A stretch of DNA of 64,000 bases from a phage. Shown piece by piece: positions 12,115 to 23,271 of the stretch (positions within the stretch are counted from its first letter, which is position 1; the number at the start of each line of letters is the position of its first letter). The position numbers and the translations under genes were made by a program. The DNA lies in the sequence record PZ445523.1; one strand, written 5' to 3'. The notes beneath the pieces were generated by a model. It worked only from the letters and a program-made list of their open reading frames with translations, searched no databases and was not told the DNA's origin.

Positions 12115-12123
12115 AAGTTATCC

Positions 12124-12804
12124 TTATTTTAATGTTACGAAAGAAGAATTGCGTGTTTCACGAATTAAAACTGATCCATCGCGATTAATGTAATAAATTA
12201 AGCTAAATAAAGTTTGGTGTGCTGACGCATGTTCAAAACTAGTTGGGTGAGATTTCCAATCCGGAGTTTCAGCAATCCATTGATAAATCCACCAAGGAAC
12301 AGTACAGAATCCTGGATTTTTTCCAATCAGCTGAAGATTCGGACTAAAGTTTTCTGGAAGAGTAAATACAGACGGCTTTTCAGATTCAATAATCTCAGCT
12401 ACAGCCTGTTCAAATTTTTCTTCAACAAAAGGAGTATCTTCAATCAAAACTGAAGTATTTTCAGGAATTTTATCCGTTTCTACTACTTCAATTTTAATGT
12501 CAGATTTAACCGGAGAATCAATCAGAAGTGCTGCTTCTGGATTGACTTCTTCATCGTCATATTTTAATCCCTCTGCAGCATCAGCAGCATCAATTAAGTC
12601 TTTAATAGATAACCCATCAGTCTCCGGCATGGGTTCACTAGCGAGCTTCTGGAGGGCTTCTTCAATATCAACAACGATATTATCAAAAGATTTATTCTTT
12701 TTGACCTTTATACCAAACTGTTCAGCATATTCAGCTAATTTAGCTTTAGCTTCTTTGTTATCATCAAGAGCCTTCAGCTCTGCAATATAATCTTTATCTA
12801 TCAT
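12124..12804 (-). CDS. inh: prohead protease inhibitor Inh
   Basis: 226-aa ORF immediately upstream of hoc, T4 inh position. Confidence 0.7.
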   Translation of the reverse strand: MIDKDYIAELKALDDNKEAKAKLAEYAEQFGIKVKKNKSFDNIVVDIEEALQKLASEPMPETDGLSIKDLIDAADAAEGLKYDDEEVNPEAALLIDSPVKSDIKIEVVETDKIPENTSVLIEDTPFVEEKFEQAVAEIIESEKPSVFTLPENFSPNLQLIGKNPGFCTVPWWIYQWIAETPDWKSHPTSFEHASAHQTLFSLIYYINRDGSVLIRETRNSSFVTLK

Positions 12805-12827
12805 AATATTTCCTCAGTATAAATATA

Positions 12828-12835
12828 GATATATT
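12828..12835 (+). promoter_or_regulatory. late promoter TATAAATA upstream of uvsW
   Basis: exact motif 20 nt before ATG 12855. Confidence 0.6.
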
Positions 12836-12854
12836 TATTACATGGTATTTAGAC

Positions 12855-14366
12855 ATGACTGACATTAAAGTGCATTTTTATGATTTTAGTCACGTGAGAA
12901 TTGATTGTGAAGAAAGTACATTTCATGAACTCCGTGATTTCTTTAGCTTTGAAGCTGATGGGTATCGTTTTAATCCGAAATACAAATATGGCCACTGGGA
13001 TGGACGAATCCGTCTTTTAGATTATAATCGTCTTCTTCCATTCGGCTTAGTCGGGCAAATTAAAAAGTTCTGTGATAATTTTGGCTATAAAGCTTGGATT
13101 GACCCGCAAATTAACGAAAAAGAAGAATTATCAAGAAAAGATTTTGATGAATGGCTTTCTAAATTAGAAATCTATTCAGGAAATAAAAGAATTGAACCAC
13201 ACTGGTATCAAAAAGATGCAGTGTTCGAAGGATTAGTTAATCGTCGTAGAATTCTTAATCTTCCAACATCTGCGGGTAAATCTTTAATTCAAGCTTTGCT
13301 TGCGCGATATTATTTGGAAAATTATGAAGGTAAAATTCTTATCATTGTTCCAACAACTGCTCTGACAACTCAGATGGCTGATGACTTCGTTGACTATCGT
13401 TTATTCAGTCATGCAATGATAAAGAAAATTGGCGGCGGAGCATCAAAAGATGATAAATATAAAAATGATGCACCAGTCGTTGTTGGTACATGGCAAACTG
13501 TAGTTAAACAACCGAAAGAATGGTTCTCACAGTTTGGAATGATGATGAATGATGAATGTCATCTTGCTACAGGAAAAAGTATTTCATCTATCATATCAGG
13601 TTTAAATAACTGCATGTTTAAATTTGGTTTGTCTGGTTCATTACGTGATGGCAAAGCCAATATCATGCAGTATGTTGGAATGTTTGGTGAAATATTTAAA
13701 CCAGTAACGACTTCTAAATTAATGGAAGATGGACAAGTAACTGAGCTAAAAATTAATAGTATTTTTCTTCGCTATCCCGATGAGTTCACTACTAAATTAA
13801 AGGGAAAAACTTACCAAGAAGAAATAAAAATTATTACTGGGCTCAGTAAAAGAAATAAATGGATCGCTAAATTAGCTATTAAGCTCGCGAAAAAAGATGA
13901 AAACGCTTTTGTCATGTTTAAACATGTATCACATGGTAAAGCTATTTTCGATTTAATTAAAAATGAATACGATAAAGTTTATTACGTATCAGGGGAAGTT
14001 GATACCGAAACCCGCAATATAATGAAAACCTTAGCTGAAAATGGTAAAGGAATAATTATAGTAGCTAGTTATGGTGTATTTTCTACTGGTATTTCAGTTA
14101 AAAATCTGCATCACGTTGTTTTAGCGCACGGTGTTAAATCAAAAATCATTGTATTACAAACAATCGGTCGCGTATTACGTAAGCATGGTTCTAAAACAAT
14201 AGCAACCGTCTGGGACCTCATAGATGATTGCGGCGTTAAGCCAAAATCTGCTAATACGAAAAAGAAATATGTTCATTTGAACTATCTTTTAAAACACGGC
14301 ATTGATCGTATTCAGCGCTACGCAGATGAAAAATTTAATTACGTAATGAAAACAGTTAATTTATAA
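12855..14366 (+). CDS. uvsW: UvsW DNA/RNA helicase
   Basis: 503-aa ORF with Walker A (PTSAGKS) and DECH box; late promoter TATAAATA at 12828-12835. Confidence 0.9.
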   Translation: MTDIKVHFYDFSHVRIDCEESTFHELRDFFSFEADGYRFNPKYKYGHWDGRIRLLDYNRLLPFGLVGQIKKFCDNFGYKAWIDPQINEKEELSRKDFDEWLSKLEIYSGNKRIEPHWYQKDAVFEGLVNRRRILNLPTSAGKSLIQALLARYYLENYEGKILIIVPTTALTTQMADDFVDYRLFSHAMIKKIGGGASKDDKYKNDAPVVVGTWQTVVKQPKEWFSQFGMMMNDECHLATGKSISSIISGLNNCMFKFGLSGSLRDGKANIMQYVGMFGEIFKPVTTSKLMEDGQVTELKINSIFLRYPDEFTTKLKGKTYQEEIKIITGLSKRNKWIAKLAIKLAKKDENAFVMFKHVSHGKAIFDLIKNEYDKVYYVSGEVDTETRNIMKTLAENGKGIIIVASYGVFSTGISVKNLHHVVLAHGVKSKIIVLQTIGRVLRKHGSKTIATVWDLIDDCGVKPKSANTKKKYVHLNYLLKHGIDRIQRYADEKFNYVMKTVNL

Positions 14367-14391
14367 GGGCTTCGGCCCTTTGGAGAAAAAG

Positions 14392-14622
14392 ATGTTACTA
14401 GAATTTAAACAATTTCTTTATGAAGTTTCTATTGATGAATTTATGGGTAAAATTGCCTCTTGTCAAACATTAGAAGGTCTAGAAGAACTTGAAGCTTATT
14501 ATAAGAAAAGAGTCAAAGAAACTGAATTAAAAGATACTGATGACATCTCAGTCAGAGATGCTTTGGCAGGAAAAAGAGCTGAATTAGAAGATTCAGATGA
14601 TGAAGTAGAAGAAAGTTTTTAA
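14392..14622 (+). CDS. UvsW.1 small protein
   Basis: track ORF starts at TTG 14380; ATG 14392 gives 76 aa as in T4 uvsW.1. Confidence 0.55.
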   Translation: MLLEFKQFLYEVSIDEFMGKIASCQTLEGLEELEAYYKKRVKETELKDTDDISVRDALAGKRAELEDSDDEVEESF

Positions 14623-14676
14623 ATAAAAAAGGCCCAACCAAAAAGGAAGGGCCAAAACTATAGACTAAAGGTCACA

Positions 14677-14844
14677 CTATAGCAAAAGTTGTGTTTCATT
14701 TAATTGTTCTTCCGAACTTTCTGAAACTGGTAGTTCTTTAATGTAATTATAGCAAGGCCCAGGATGTACAGGACCTTTGTCTGTTTCAACAACCAATGCA
14801 GAATCGATTGGAGTTTTACAGACAACACAAATCTTATCTGACAT
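14677..14844 (-). CDS. small Cys-containing protein (T4 uvsY.-2 position)
   Basis: about 55-aa ORF MSDKICVVCKTPIDSALVVETDKGPVHPGPCYNY... read by hand on minus strand; below track cutoff. Confidence 0.35.
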   Translation of the reverse strand: MSDKICVVCKTPIDSALVVETDKGPVHPGPCYNYIKELPVSESSEEQLNETQLLL

Positions 14845-14872
14845 GATTGTCTCCTCTGAATTATATATCTAT

Positions 14873-15097
14873 TTATACAACTCTCATATGCATATCAATG
14901 CCCATATCTTTAGAATAAAAATATTCATCAAGATATCCGGCAAATTTTCCTTTAATATAAAGGACATCTTCACCACACGGGTGGTCGGCCAGGATACGAA
15001 TATCCTGACGCTTAAGATTATGCTTTTTCATTAAGAATTGAATTTCCGTTTCAAATTCTTCTTCATAATTAAAAGCATCATCAATGCTATATCTCAT
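14873..15097 (-). CDS. hypothetical protein (T4 uvsY.-1 position)
   Basis: 74-aa ORF directly downstream of uvsY. Confidence 0.5.
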   Translation of the reverse strand: MRYSIDDAFNYEEEFETEIQFLMKKHNLKRQDIRILADHPCGEDVLYIKGKFAGYLDEYFYSKDMGIDMHMRVV

Positions 15098-15510
15098 TAT
15101 TTTCCAGCCTCAAATGCCCGCATGTCTTGAATATGCTTAATAGCAAATCCACGTGATTTAATAGCATCAAGAGCTCCGCTACAGAAATCTAATAAAATCC
15201 CCCAATACTGTAACGAGGTATCAACCTTTAAAACATCCTTATCAGCTGATAGAACTGTCTTCATTTCTGATTTCTCATAACGATCCATACTAAATTCATC
15301 ACCATCTCCTCGTCCCGAGTAGTAGTCTAATTTAGCTTTAAGAGCAACTTTTTTCTGTGCTTCAATTCTAAGCATTTCCTTTTTAATACTTGAATGCTTA
15401 TTAAGCCATTTACTATATAACATCACATTATTAGCTGCTTCATACTGTAATTTAGTCGAATCTATAAACACATCTTTCTTCAATTCTTCTTGAAGATCTT
15501 CTAATTTCAT
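15097..15510 (-). CDS. uvsY: recombination mediator UvsY
   Basis: 137-aa ORF MKLEDLQEELKKDVFIDSTKLQYEAANN..., T4 UvsY size; MotA-box middle promoter upstream. Confidence 0.9.
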   Translation of the reverse strand: MKLEDLQEELKKDVFIDSTKLQYEAANNVMLYSKWLNKHSSIKKEMLRIEAQKKVALKAKLDYYSGRGDGDEFSMDRYEKSEMKTVLSADKDVLKVDTSLQYWGILLDFCSGALDAIKSRGFAIKHIQDMRAFEAGK

Positions 15511-15550
15511 ATTGTTCTCTATTCAATTGTTATTGGATGGACTTAGATTC

Positions 15551-15579
15551 ATTATACCACGTTTTAACGTGAAGCATTA
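15551..15579 (-). promoter_or_regulatory. MotA-dependent middle promoter for uvsY
   Basis: MotA box TAATGCTTCA then 13 nt then TATAAT. Confidence 0.5.
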
Positions 15580-15975
15580 TACTCTATTACTGGAAGCCAG
15601 TTGCAGTTTTATCTGCTCAATATCATCAGGGTTATCAATGACCGAAAAGCGTATTTCTACTATCAGAGTATAATCATCATAAACTGGTATCACATTAACT
15701 GCTAATTTATCAATACGTGGCTCATAGTTTCTTACTGCGCTTTCGATATTACGCTCAACTGTGTCAGCAGTAAGAGGAGTCATATTTTCAAAAAGCTGGT
15801 CTGATAAATCACATCCAAATTCAGGGTCAAACGGTCTTGAACCTTTTCTTGTTGTAATAATTCCCAAAAGACTGTTTTTAATTGACCTTAATCCAAGCGA
15901 TCTGGAAACATCTTTGTTCCAATCCATTTTCATTTCTGGGTCAATGTCAGAATAAAGCTTATTAATATTTGCCAT
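15577..15975 (-). CDS. 25: baseplate wedge protein gp25
   Basis: 132-aa [22 protein letters not shown]..., T4 gp25 size. Confidence 0.9.
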   Translation of the reverse strand: MANINKLYSDIDPEMKMDWNKDVSRSLGLRSIKNSLLGIITTRKGSRPFDPEFGCDLSDQLFENMTPLTADTVERNIESAVRNYEPRIDKLAVNVIPVYDDYTLIVEIRFSVIDNPDDIEQIKLQLASSNRV

Positions 15976-16601
15976 TATAGTAACTCAAAGAACTCTTTGA
16001 GGCCTCTTATTACGTGAGCATGGGTTTTTCCACACTCTGGACACTTAATTGGAACAGCCAAATAAACGGTAGGTTTTAAAAGCATATCTTTTATAGCTAC
16101 AATATCTGACTCTGTGATGATAGAATATAAATCTTCTAGTTCCTTTTCATTTAAGTCTTCAACTGGAATGCTTTCACCGTTAGCATGAATCGTTTCTATG
16201 CATGATACTATCATGTGGGCTATATTTTTATCATCAAAAATTTTAGGGTATCGGAATTTAATTTTAATGTCACCCAGTGTATACCAGAGGTCTTCTGGTG
16301 CATCTATTTGTGTATGTAATAGATTTATATGGGTTGGTATTTCAGTTCCGCAGGTGCACTTCCAGGAGTTTTCATGATTAACTTCACCGAGAGAATGCGC
16401 CCATAAATGAATCAACAATAGTTCTGATTCTTGGCGGTTTAAATCTTTTGCATTTGTGCAGTCTTTGATTAGCTTTTTAACAATTACTTCTACAGAACCA
16501 TTATTTTTAGCAGTAATAAGTTCTAGATATTCTTTAAGCGTGAATGCGCGACAATTGATTATTTTAGAACCAACTCTCACATCAAATTTGTATTCATACA
16601 T
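15975..16601 (-). CDS. 26: baseplate hub protein gp26
   Basis: 208-aa ORF coupled to gene 25, T4 gp26 size. Confidence 0.85.
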   Translation of the reverse strand: MYEYKFDVRVGSKIINCRAFTLKEYLELITAKNNGSVEVIVKKLIKDCTNAKDLNRQESELLLIHLWAHSLGEVNHENSWKCTCGTEIPTHINLLHTQIDAPEDLWYTLGDIKIKFRYPKIFDDKNIAHMIVSCIETIHANGESIPVEDLNEKELEDLYSIITESDIVAIKDMLLKPTVYLAVPIKCPECGKTHAHVIRGLKEFFELL

Positions 16602-16622
16602 ATTTAGCTCCTTTATTTATCA

Positions 16623-16634
16623 TATTTATAAATA
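16623..16634. promoter_or_regulatory. back-to-back late promoters (TATTTATAAATA) between divergent genes 26 and 51
   Basis: 12-nt palindrome reads TATAAATA on both strands. Confidence 0.55.
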
Positions 16635-16651
16635 GAATAAAAGGAGCATCT

Positions 16652-17401
16652 ATGGCAAACATTATTCGTTGTAAATTACCAGATGGTGTTCATCGTTTTA
16701 AACCATTTACGGTAGAAGATTATCGAGATTTTTTGTTAGTTCGAAACGATATAGAACATCGGTCACCACAAGAACAAAAAGAAATAATTACTGATTTAAT
16801 TGATGATTATTTTGGAGACTATCCGAAGACTTGGCAACCATTTATATTTTTGCAGGTATTTGTAGGGTCAATAGGTAAAACTAAAGTACCGGTCACATTT
16901 GTATGTCCAAAATGTAAAAAAGAAAAGACAGTTCCATTTGAAATATATCAAAAAGAATTAAAGGAACCTGTTTTTGATGTAGCTAATGTTAAAATTAAAT
17001 TAAAGTTTCCTTCTGAGTTTTATGAAAATAAAGCAAAGATGATTACTGAAAATATTCATTCTGTTCAAGTAGATGAAATATGGTATGATTGGAAGGAAAT
17101 TAGCGAGTCCAGTCAAATAGAACTTGTTGATGCTATCGAGATAGAAACATTAGAAAAAATTCTCGATGCAATGAATCCTATTAATTTAACTCTACATATG
17201 TCATGCTGTAATAAGTACATTAAAAAATACACTGATATAGTAGACGTGTTTAAGCTATTAGTTAACCCAGATGAGATATTTACTTTTTATCAAATTAATC
17301 ACACACTCGTAAAAAGTAATTATAGCTTAAATTCAATAATGAAAATGATTCCTGCTGAGCGCGGATTCGTATTAAAACTGATTGAGAAGGATAAACAATA
17401 A
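16652..17401 (+). CDS. 51: baseplate hub assembly protein gp51
   Basis: 249-aa ORF divergent from 26, T4 gp51 size; late promoter at 16627-16634. Confidence 0.85.
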   Translation: MANIIRCKLPDGVHRFKPFTVEDYRDFLLVRNDIEHRSPQEQKEIITDLIDDYFGDYPKTWQPFIFLQVFVGSIGKTKVPVTFVCPKCKKEKTVPFEIYQKELKEPVFDVANVKIKLKFPSEFYENKAKMITENIHSVQVDEIWYDWKEISESSQIELVDAIEIETLEKILDAMNPINLTLHMSCCNKYIKKYTDIVDVFKLLVNPDEIFTFYQINHTLVKSNYSLNSIMKMIPAERGFVLKLIEKDKQ

Positions 17402-18576
17402 TGAGTATGTTGCAACGCCCTGGATATCCAAATCTCAGCGTTAAATTATTTGATAGCTACGACGCTTGGAGTAATAATAGATTTGTTGAATTAGCTGCTA
17501 CTATTACCACATTAACTATGCGGGATTCTCTTTATGGCCGAAATGAAGGAATGCTGCAGTTTTATGATTCTAAAAACATCCATACAAAAATGGATGGAAA
17601 TGAAATAATTCAGATTTCTGTAGCTAATGCAAATGATATTAATAATGTTAAAACACGAATTTATGGATGTAAGCATTTTTCCGTGTCAGTAGATTCAAAA
17701 GGTGATAACATCATTGCTATTGAATTGGGAACTATTCATTCTATAGAAAATCTTAAATTTGGTCGACCATTTTTCCCTGATGCAGGTGAATCTATAAAAG
17801 AAATGCTTGGCGTCATTTATCAAGACCGCACATTATTAACTCCAGCAATAAATGCTATAAATGCTTATGTTCCTGATATTCCATGGACTAGTACATTTGA
17901 AAATTATTTGTCATATGTAAGAGAAGTTGCTCTAGCTGTAGGAAGCGACAAATTTGTATTTGTATGGCAAGACATCATGGGAGTTAACATGATGGACTAT
18001 GATATGATGATAAATCAAGAACCATATCCAATGATTGTCGGTGAGCCATCTTTAATAGGTCAATTTGTCCAAGAATTAAAATATCCATTAGCATATGATT
18101 TTGTTTGGTTGACTAAATCGAATCCTCACAAACGTGACCCAATGAAAAATGCTACTATCTATGCTCATTCATTTTTAGATTCTTCACTGCCAATGATTAC
18201 TACAGGAAAGGGTGAAAACTCTATTGTGGTGTCAAGGTCAGGTGCTTATTCTGAAATGACTTATAGGAATGGATATGAAGAAGCTATTCGTCTTCAAACT
18301 ATGGCACAATATGACGGCTATGCTAAATGTTCTACTGTCGGTAATTTTAACTTGACTCCTGGTGTTAAAATTATTTTTAATGATAGTAAAAACCAATTTA
18401 AAACAGAATTTTACGTTGATGAAGTTATCCATGAATTATCTAATAATAATTCAGTAACTCATCTATATATGTTCACTAATGCAACGAAACTGGAAACAAT
18501 AGACCCAGTTAAGGTTAAAAATGAATTTAAATCTGATACTACCACTGAAGAAAGTAGTTCTTCCAATAAGCAATAA
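17401..18576 (+). CDS. 27: baseplate hub protein gp27
   Basis: 391-aa ORF, T4 gp27 size and order. Confidence 0.9.
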   Translation: MSMLQRPGYPNLSVKLFDSYDAWSNNRFVELAATITTLTMRDSLYGRNEGMLQFYDSKNIHTKMDGNEIIQISVANANDINNVKTRIYGCKHFSVSVDSKGDNIIAIELGTIHSIENLKFGRPFFPDAGESIKEMLGVIYQDRTLLTPAINAINAYVPDIPWTSTFENYLSYVREVALAVGSDKFVFVWQDIMGVNMMDYDMMINQEPYPMIVGEPSLIGQFVQELKYPLAYDFVWLTKSNPHKRDPMKNATIYAHSFLDSSLPMITTGKGENSIVVSRSGAYSEMTYRNGYEEAIRLQTMAQYDGYAKCSTVGNFNLTPGVKIIFNDSKNQFKTEFYVDEVIHELSNNNSVTHLYMFTNATKLETIDPVKVKNEFKSDTTTEESSSSNKQ

Positions 18577-19054
18577 AGAAGTTTCTATTCCTAAAATGGG
18601 TCTTAAACATTATAACATTTTAAAGGATGTTAAAGGTCCTGATGAAAATTTAAAACTTCTTATTGATTCTATTTGTCCGAATTTATCACCGGCAGAAGTT
18701 GATTTCGTTTCTATTCATTTATTGGAATTTAATGGAAAGATTAAATCTCGTAAAGAAATAGATGGCTATACTTATGACATTAATGATGTTTATGTGTGCC
18801 AAAGATTAGAATTTCAATACCAAGGAAATACATTTTATTTTAGACCTCCTGGAAAATTTGAACAATTTTTAACGGTGAGCGATATGTTATCTAAATGCTT
18901 GCTTAAGGTCAACGATGAAGTTAAAGAAATTAATTTTCTTGAGATGCCAGCATTCGTTTTAAAATGGGCAAATGATATTTTTACAACTTTAGCAATTCCT
19001 GGCCCTAATGGTCCAATAACTGGAATTGGCAATATTATTGGATTATTTGAATGA
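18521..19054 (+). CDS. 28: baseplate hub distal protein gp28
   Basis: 177-aa ORF overlapping 27 end, T4 gp28 size. Confidence 0.8.
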   Translation: MNLNLILPLKKVVLPISNKEVSIPKMGLKHYNILKDVKGPDENLKLLIDSICPNLSPAEVDFVSIHLLEFNGKIKSRKEIDGYTYDINDVYVCQRLEFQYQGNTFYFRPPGKFEQFLTVSDMLSKCLLKVNDEVKEINFLEMPAFVLKWANDIFTTLAIPGPNGPITGIGNIIGLFE

Positions 19055-20823
19055 AAAAGCCACAAGAAATGCAAACGATGCGTAGAAAAGTTATTTCAGA
19101 TAATAAACCAACACAGGAAGCGGCTAAATCCGCTTCCAATACTTTATCTGGACTTAACGATATATCTACGAAATTGGATGATGCTCAAGCTGCTTCTGAA
19201 TTAATTGCTCAAACTGTCGAAGAAAAATCGAATGAAATAATTGGAGCAATTGACAATGTAGAAAGCGCAGTGAGTGATACTACCGCTGGTTCTGAGTTAA
19301 TTGCTGAAACTGTCGAAATTGGCAACAATATTAATAAAGAAATTGGTGAATCACTCGGAAGCAAATTAGATAAATTAACAAGTTTACTAGAGCAAAAAAT
19401 CCAGACAGCTGGAATTCAACAGACTGGAACTAGTTTAGCCACAGTTGAAAGCGCTATTCCTGTTAAAGTCGTTGAGGATGATACTGCTGAATCTGTGGGT
19501 CCTTTATTACCGGCTCCCGAAGCAGTTAATAATGATCCTGACGCTGATTTTTTCCCTACCCCTCAGCCAGTTGAGCCAAAGCAAGAATCACCAGAAGAAA
19601 AACAGAAAAAAGAAGCATTTAACTTAAAATTATCTCAAGCTTTAGATAAATTAACAAAGACAGTTGATTTTGGATTTAAGAAATCCATTTCAATTAGTGA
19701 TAAAATATCAAGCATGTTATTTAAGTACACCATCAGTGCTGCTATTGAAGCTGCTAAAATGACTGCAATGATATTGGCTGTTGTTGTTGGAATAGACCTG
19801 TTGATGGTTCATTTTAAATACTGGTCAGATAAATTTTCAAAAGCCTGGGATTTATATGATACTAACTTTAATAAATTCTCTACCGAAACCGGAACATGGG
19901 GTCCTTTATTACAGAGCATCTTTGGTTCTATTGATAAAATTAGACAGCTTTGGGAAGATGGAGATTGGGGTGGATTGACAGTAGCTATTATAGAAGGGCT
20001 TGGAAAGGTTCTTTTTAATTTAGGAGAGCTTATTCAATTAGGTATGGCTAAATTATCTGCTGCAATTCTTCGAGTCATTCCTGGCATGAAAGACACTGCT
20101 GATGAAGTAGAAGGAAGAGCACTGGAAAATTTCCAAAATACTACAAATGCTTCTCTTAGCAAAGAAGACCAAGAAAAAGTTGCAAATTATCAATACAAAA
20201 GAATGAACGGAGATCTTGGGCCTATAGCGAAAGGATTAGACAAAATTGCGAACTGGAAAACTCGCGCATCTAACTGGATTCGTGGTGTTGATAATAAAGA
20301 AGCACTAACGACTGATGACGAGAGAGCAGAGGAAGAAGAAAAATTAAAGCAACTTTCTCCGGAAGAAGCTAAAATTGCTTTAATGAAAGCTAATGAAGCT
20401 CGTGCTGCTATGAATCGTTTTGAACAATATGCCGATTCAGCTGATATGAGTAAAGACTCAACGGTTAAATCAGTTGAAGCTGCCTATGAAGACCTTAAAA
20501 AACGGATGGATGACCCGGATTTAAATAATTCACCGGCAGTTAAAAAAGAACTTGCTGCTAGATTTTCTAAAATTGATGCTACTTATCAAGAGCTCAAGAA
20601 AAATCAGCCTAATGCCAAACCTGAAACTTCTGCTAAATCACCAGAAGCGAAACAAGTCCAGGTGATTGAAAAGAACAAAGCACAGCAAGCTCCTGTTCAA
20701 CAAGCATCTCCTTCAATCAATAATACTAATAATGTTATTAAGAAAAATACTGTCGTTCATAATATGACACCCGTAACGAGCACGACTGCTCCTGGTGTAT
20801 TTGATGCGACTGGAGTTAATTAA
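19051..20823 (+). CDS. 29: baseplate hub / tail length determinator gp29
   Basis: 590-aa ORF, ATGA overlap with 28, T4 gp29 size. Confidence 0.85.
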   Translation: MKKPQEMQTMRRKVISDNKPTQEAAKSASNTLSGLNDISTKLDDAQAASELIAQTVEEKSNEIIGAIDNVESAVSDTTAGSELIAETVEIGNNINKEIGESLGSKLDKLTSLLEQKIQTAGIQQTGTSLATVESAIPVKVVEDDTAESVGPLLPAPEAVNNDPDADFFPTPQPVEPKQESPEEKQKKEAFNLKLSQALDKLTKTVDFGFKKSISISDKISSMLFKYTISAAIEAAKMTAMILAVVVGIDLLMVHFKYWSDKFSKAWDLYDTNFNKFSTETGTWGPLLQSIFGSIDKIRQLWEDGDWGGLTVAIIEGLGKVLFNLGELIQLGMAKLSAAILRVIPGMKDTADEVEGRALENFQNTTNASLSKEDQEKVANYQYKRMNGDLGPIAKGLDKIANWKTRASNWIRGVDNKEALTTDDERAEEEEKLKQLSPEEAKIALMKANEARAAMNRFEQYADSADMSKDSTVKSVEAAYEDLKKRMDDPDLNNSPAVKKELAARFSKIDATYQELKKNQPNAKPETSAKSPEAKQVQVIEKNKAQQAPVQQASPSINNTNNVIKKNTVVHNMTPVTSTTAPGVFDATGVN

Positions 20824-20831
20824 GGAATAAT

Positions 20832-21926
20832 ATGGCAATTGTTAAAGAAATAACTGCTGATTTAATTAAAAAGTCCGGTGAGAAAATTTCAGCCGGACAG
20901 AGTACTAAATCAGAAGTAGGAACTAAAACATACACTGCCCAGTTTCCAACTGGGCGTGCTAGTGGTAATGACACTACAGGGGACTTCCAGGTAACAGATC
21001 TATATAAGAATGGATTATTATTTACTGCATACAATATGTCATCTAGGGATTCTGGAAGTCTTAGATCGATGAGATCTAACTACTCTTCTTCATCTTCGAG
21101 TATTTTACGTACAGCTAGAAACACTATTAGTAGTACAGTATCAAAACTATCAAATGGATTAATATCAAATAATAATTCAGGAACAATAAGTAAATCTCCT
21201 ATCGCAAACATTCTTTTACCGAGATCTAAATCTGATGTTGATACATCATCACATAGATTTAATGATGTTCAAGAAAGCCTTATCAGTAGAGGCGGAGGTA
21301 CTGCTACTGGTGTGCTAAGTAATATTGCTTCAACCGCAGTATTTGGGGCACTGGAAAGTATAACACAAGGTATAATGGCTGATAATAATGAACAGATTTA
21401 TACGACAGCCAGAAGTATGTATGGTGGTGCTGAAAATAGAACTAAAGTGTTTACATGGGATTTGACTCCACGTTCAACAGAAGATTTAATGGCTATTATT
21501 AATATCTATCAATATTTTAACTATTTTTCTTATGGTGAAACGGGTAAATCTCAATATGCTGCTGAAATAAAGGGGTATTTAGATGATTGGTATCGTTCTA
21601 CGTTAATTGAACCTTTATCTCCGGAAGACGCAGCTAAAAATAAAACACTATTTGAGAAAATGACATCGAGTTTAACTAACGTTCTAGTGGTTTCAAACCC
21701 GACAATTTGGATGGTGAAAAACTTTGGTGCAACATCTAAGTTTGATGGAAAAACGGAAATATTTGGCCCATGCCAAATACAGAGCATCAGATTTGATAAA
21801 ACACCTAATGGTAACTTTAACGGATTAGCTATTGCTCCAAACCTCCCTAGTACATTTACTCTCGAGATTACTATGAGAGAAATTATCACGTTAAACCGTG
21901 CTTCTTTATATGCGGGGACTTTTTAA
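20832..21926 (+). CDS. 48: baseplate tail tube cap gp48
   Basis: 364-aa ORF, T4 gp48 size and order. Confidence 0.85.
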   Translation: MAIVKEITADLIKKSGEKISAGQSTKSEVGTKTYTAQFPTGRASGNDTTGDFQVTDLYKNGLLFTAYNMSSRDSGSLRSMRSNYSSSSSSILRTARNTISSTVSKLSNGLISNNNSGTISKSPIANILLPRSKSDVDTSSHRFNDVQESLISRGGGTATGVLSNIASTAVFGALESITQGIMADNNEQIYTTARSMYGGAENRTKVFTWDLTPRSTEDLMAIINIYQYFNYFSYGETGKSQYAAEIKGYLDDWYRSTLIEPLSPEDAAKNKTLFEKMTSSLTNVLVVSNPTIWMVKNFGATSKFDGKTEIFGPCQIQSIRFDKTPNGNFNGLAIAPNLPSTFTLEITMREIITLNRASLYAGTF

Positions 21927-22891
21927 TGTATTCTTTAGAGGAATTTAATAATCAAGCAATAAACGCAGATTTCCAACGTAATAATATGTTTAGCTGCGTT
22001 TTTGCGACAACTCCATCAACTAAAAGCTCTTCGTTGATAAGTTCAATTAGCAACTTTTCTTATAATAACTTGGGCCTAAATTCAGATTGGTTAGGATTAA
22101 CTCAAGGCGATATTAATCAGGGAATTACCACGCTAATTACAGCTGGCACACAAAAACTGATAAGAAAATCAGGGGTTAGTAAATATCTTATTGGTGCCAT
22201 GAGTCAACGTACAGTTCAAAGTTTATTAGGCTCATTTACAGTTGGTACATATTTAATTGACTTCTTTAACATGGCATATAACTCATCTGGATTGATGATA
22301 TACTCTGTAAAAATGCCAGAGAATAGATTATCCTATGAAACTGACTGGAACTATAATTCTCCTAATATTCGTATAACTGGGAGAGAATTAGACCCTTTGG
22401 TTATTTCATTTAGAATGGATTCAGAAGCTTGTAACTATCGTGCAATGCAAGACTGGGTTAACTCTGTTCAAGACCCAGTAACTGGATTGCGTGCTTTGCC
22501 GCAAGATGTCGAGGCAGATATTCAGGTTAATCTTCATTCTCGTAATGGATTGCCTCATACTGCGGTGATGTTCACTGGATGCATTCCAGTGTCAGTGAGC
22601 GCTCCTGAGTTATCATATGATGGAGATAACCAAATAACTACATTTGATGTTACTTTTGCATACAGAGTCATGCAGGCTGGAGCAGTTGATAGACAAGCTG
22701 CGCTTGAATGGCTTGAATCTGCTGCTATAAATGGTATTCAAAGCGTTCTCGGAAATAGTGGAGGTGTTACTGGACTATCTAATTCGCTTTCACGACTTAG
22801 TAGATTAGGAGGGACTGCAGGAAGCATTTCAAACATTAATACTATGACAGGGATTGTCAATTCACAGAGTAAAATATTAGGAGCAATATAA
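21926..22891 (+). CDS. 54: baseplate tail tube initiator gp54
   Basis: 321-aa ORF, T4 gp54 size and order; terminator hairpin downstream. Confidence 0.85.
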   Translation: MYSLEEFNNQAINADFQRNNMFSCVFATTPSTKSSSLISSISNFSYNNLGLNSDWLGLTQGDINQGITTLITAGTQKLIRKSGVSKYLIGAMSQRTVQSLLGSFTVGTYLIDFFNMAYNSSGLMIYSVKMPENRLSYETDWNYNSPNIRITGRELDPLVISFRMDSEACNYRAMQDWVNSVQDPVTGLRALPQDVEADIQVNLHSRNGLPHTAVMFTGCIPVSVSAPELSYDGDNQITTFDVTFAYRVMQAGAVDRQAALEWLESAAINGIQSVLGNSGGVTGLSNSLSRLSRLGGTAGSISNINTMTGIVNSQSKILGAI

Positions 22892-22895
22892 CAAT

Positions 22896-22913
22896 GGGGA
22901 CCTTTCGGTCCCC
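22896..22913. terminator. hairpin between convergent gene 54 and the alt-downstream ORF
   Basis: GGGGACC-TTTC-GGTCCCC. Confidence 0.55.
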
Positions 22914-22919
22914 ATATTT

Positions 22920-23210
22920 TTATTTACGGAATGAAATGAAAGCAGAAACTGAAGCAACTAAACTGTCTTCAATATAAACTTCAATTTTTACCGGAGCTTC
23001 TGACTCAAATTTACCTGTTACTACACCCTGAAAAATACTTTCAGTCTGTTCTGGCTTTGAAAAATTTTCAGAAGGAAAAATTCCGAACTTTTTATCTGTT
23101 CCAAAAATTTTAATAAATTCATCGTAAACTGCTTCATTAAAAGCATTATCAGCAGGAATAACGCCTTCAACTACAAGTTCTTGACCTAAAAAGCGCAAAG
23201 AAGATTTCAT
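22920..23210 (-). CDS. hypothetical protein (T4 alt.-1 position)
   Basis: 96-aa ORF with its own early-type promoter and RBS GAGGAA. Confidence 0.5.
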   Translation of the reverse strand: MKSSLRFLGQELVVEGVIPADNAFNEAVYDEFIKIFGTDKKFGIFPSENFSKPEQTESIFQGVVTGKFESEAPVKIEVYIEDSLVASVSAFISFRK

Positions 23211-23241
23211 TTTGTGTTCCTCATGTTATGTCAGTAAGACT

Positions 23242-23271
23242 ACTATAACACAACATAAGGAACTTGTAAAC
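23242..23271 (-). promoter_or_regulatory. T4-type early promoter (GTTTAC -35, TGTTATAGT extended -10) for the ORF downstream of alt
   Basis: GTTTAC, 18-nt spacer, TG-n-TATAGT, then RBS GAGGAA; leader identical to the alc promoter copy. Confidence 0.6.

Noticed and set aside
14777-15034. 85-aa plus-strand ORF
   Set aside because: Antisense to the uvsY-downstream ORFs in a minus-strand early transcription unit; composition-driven.
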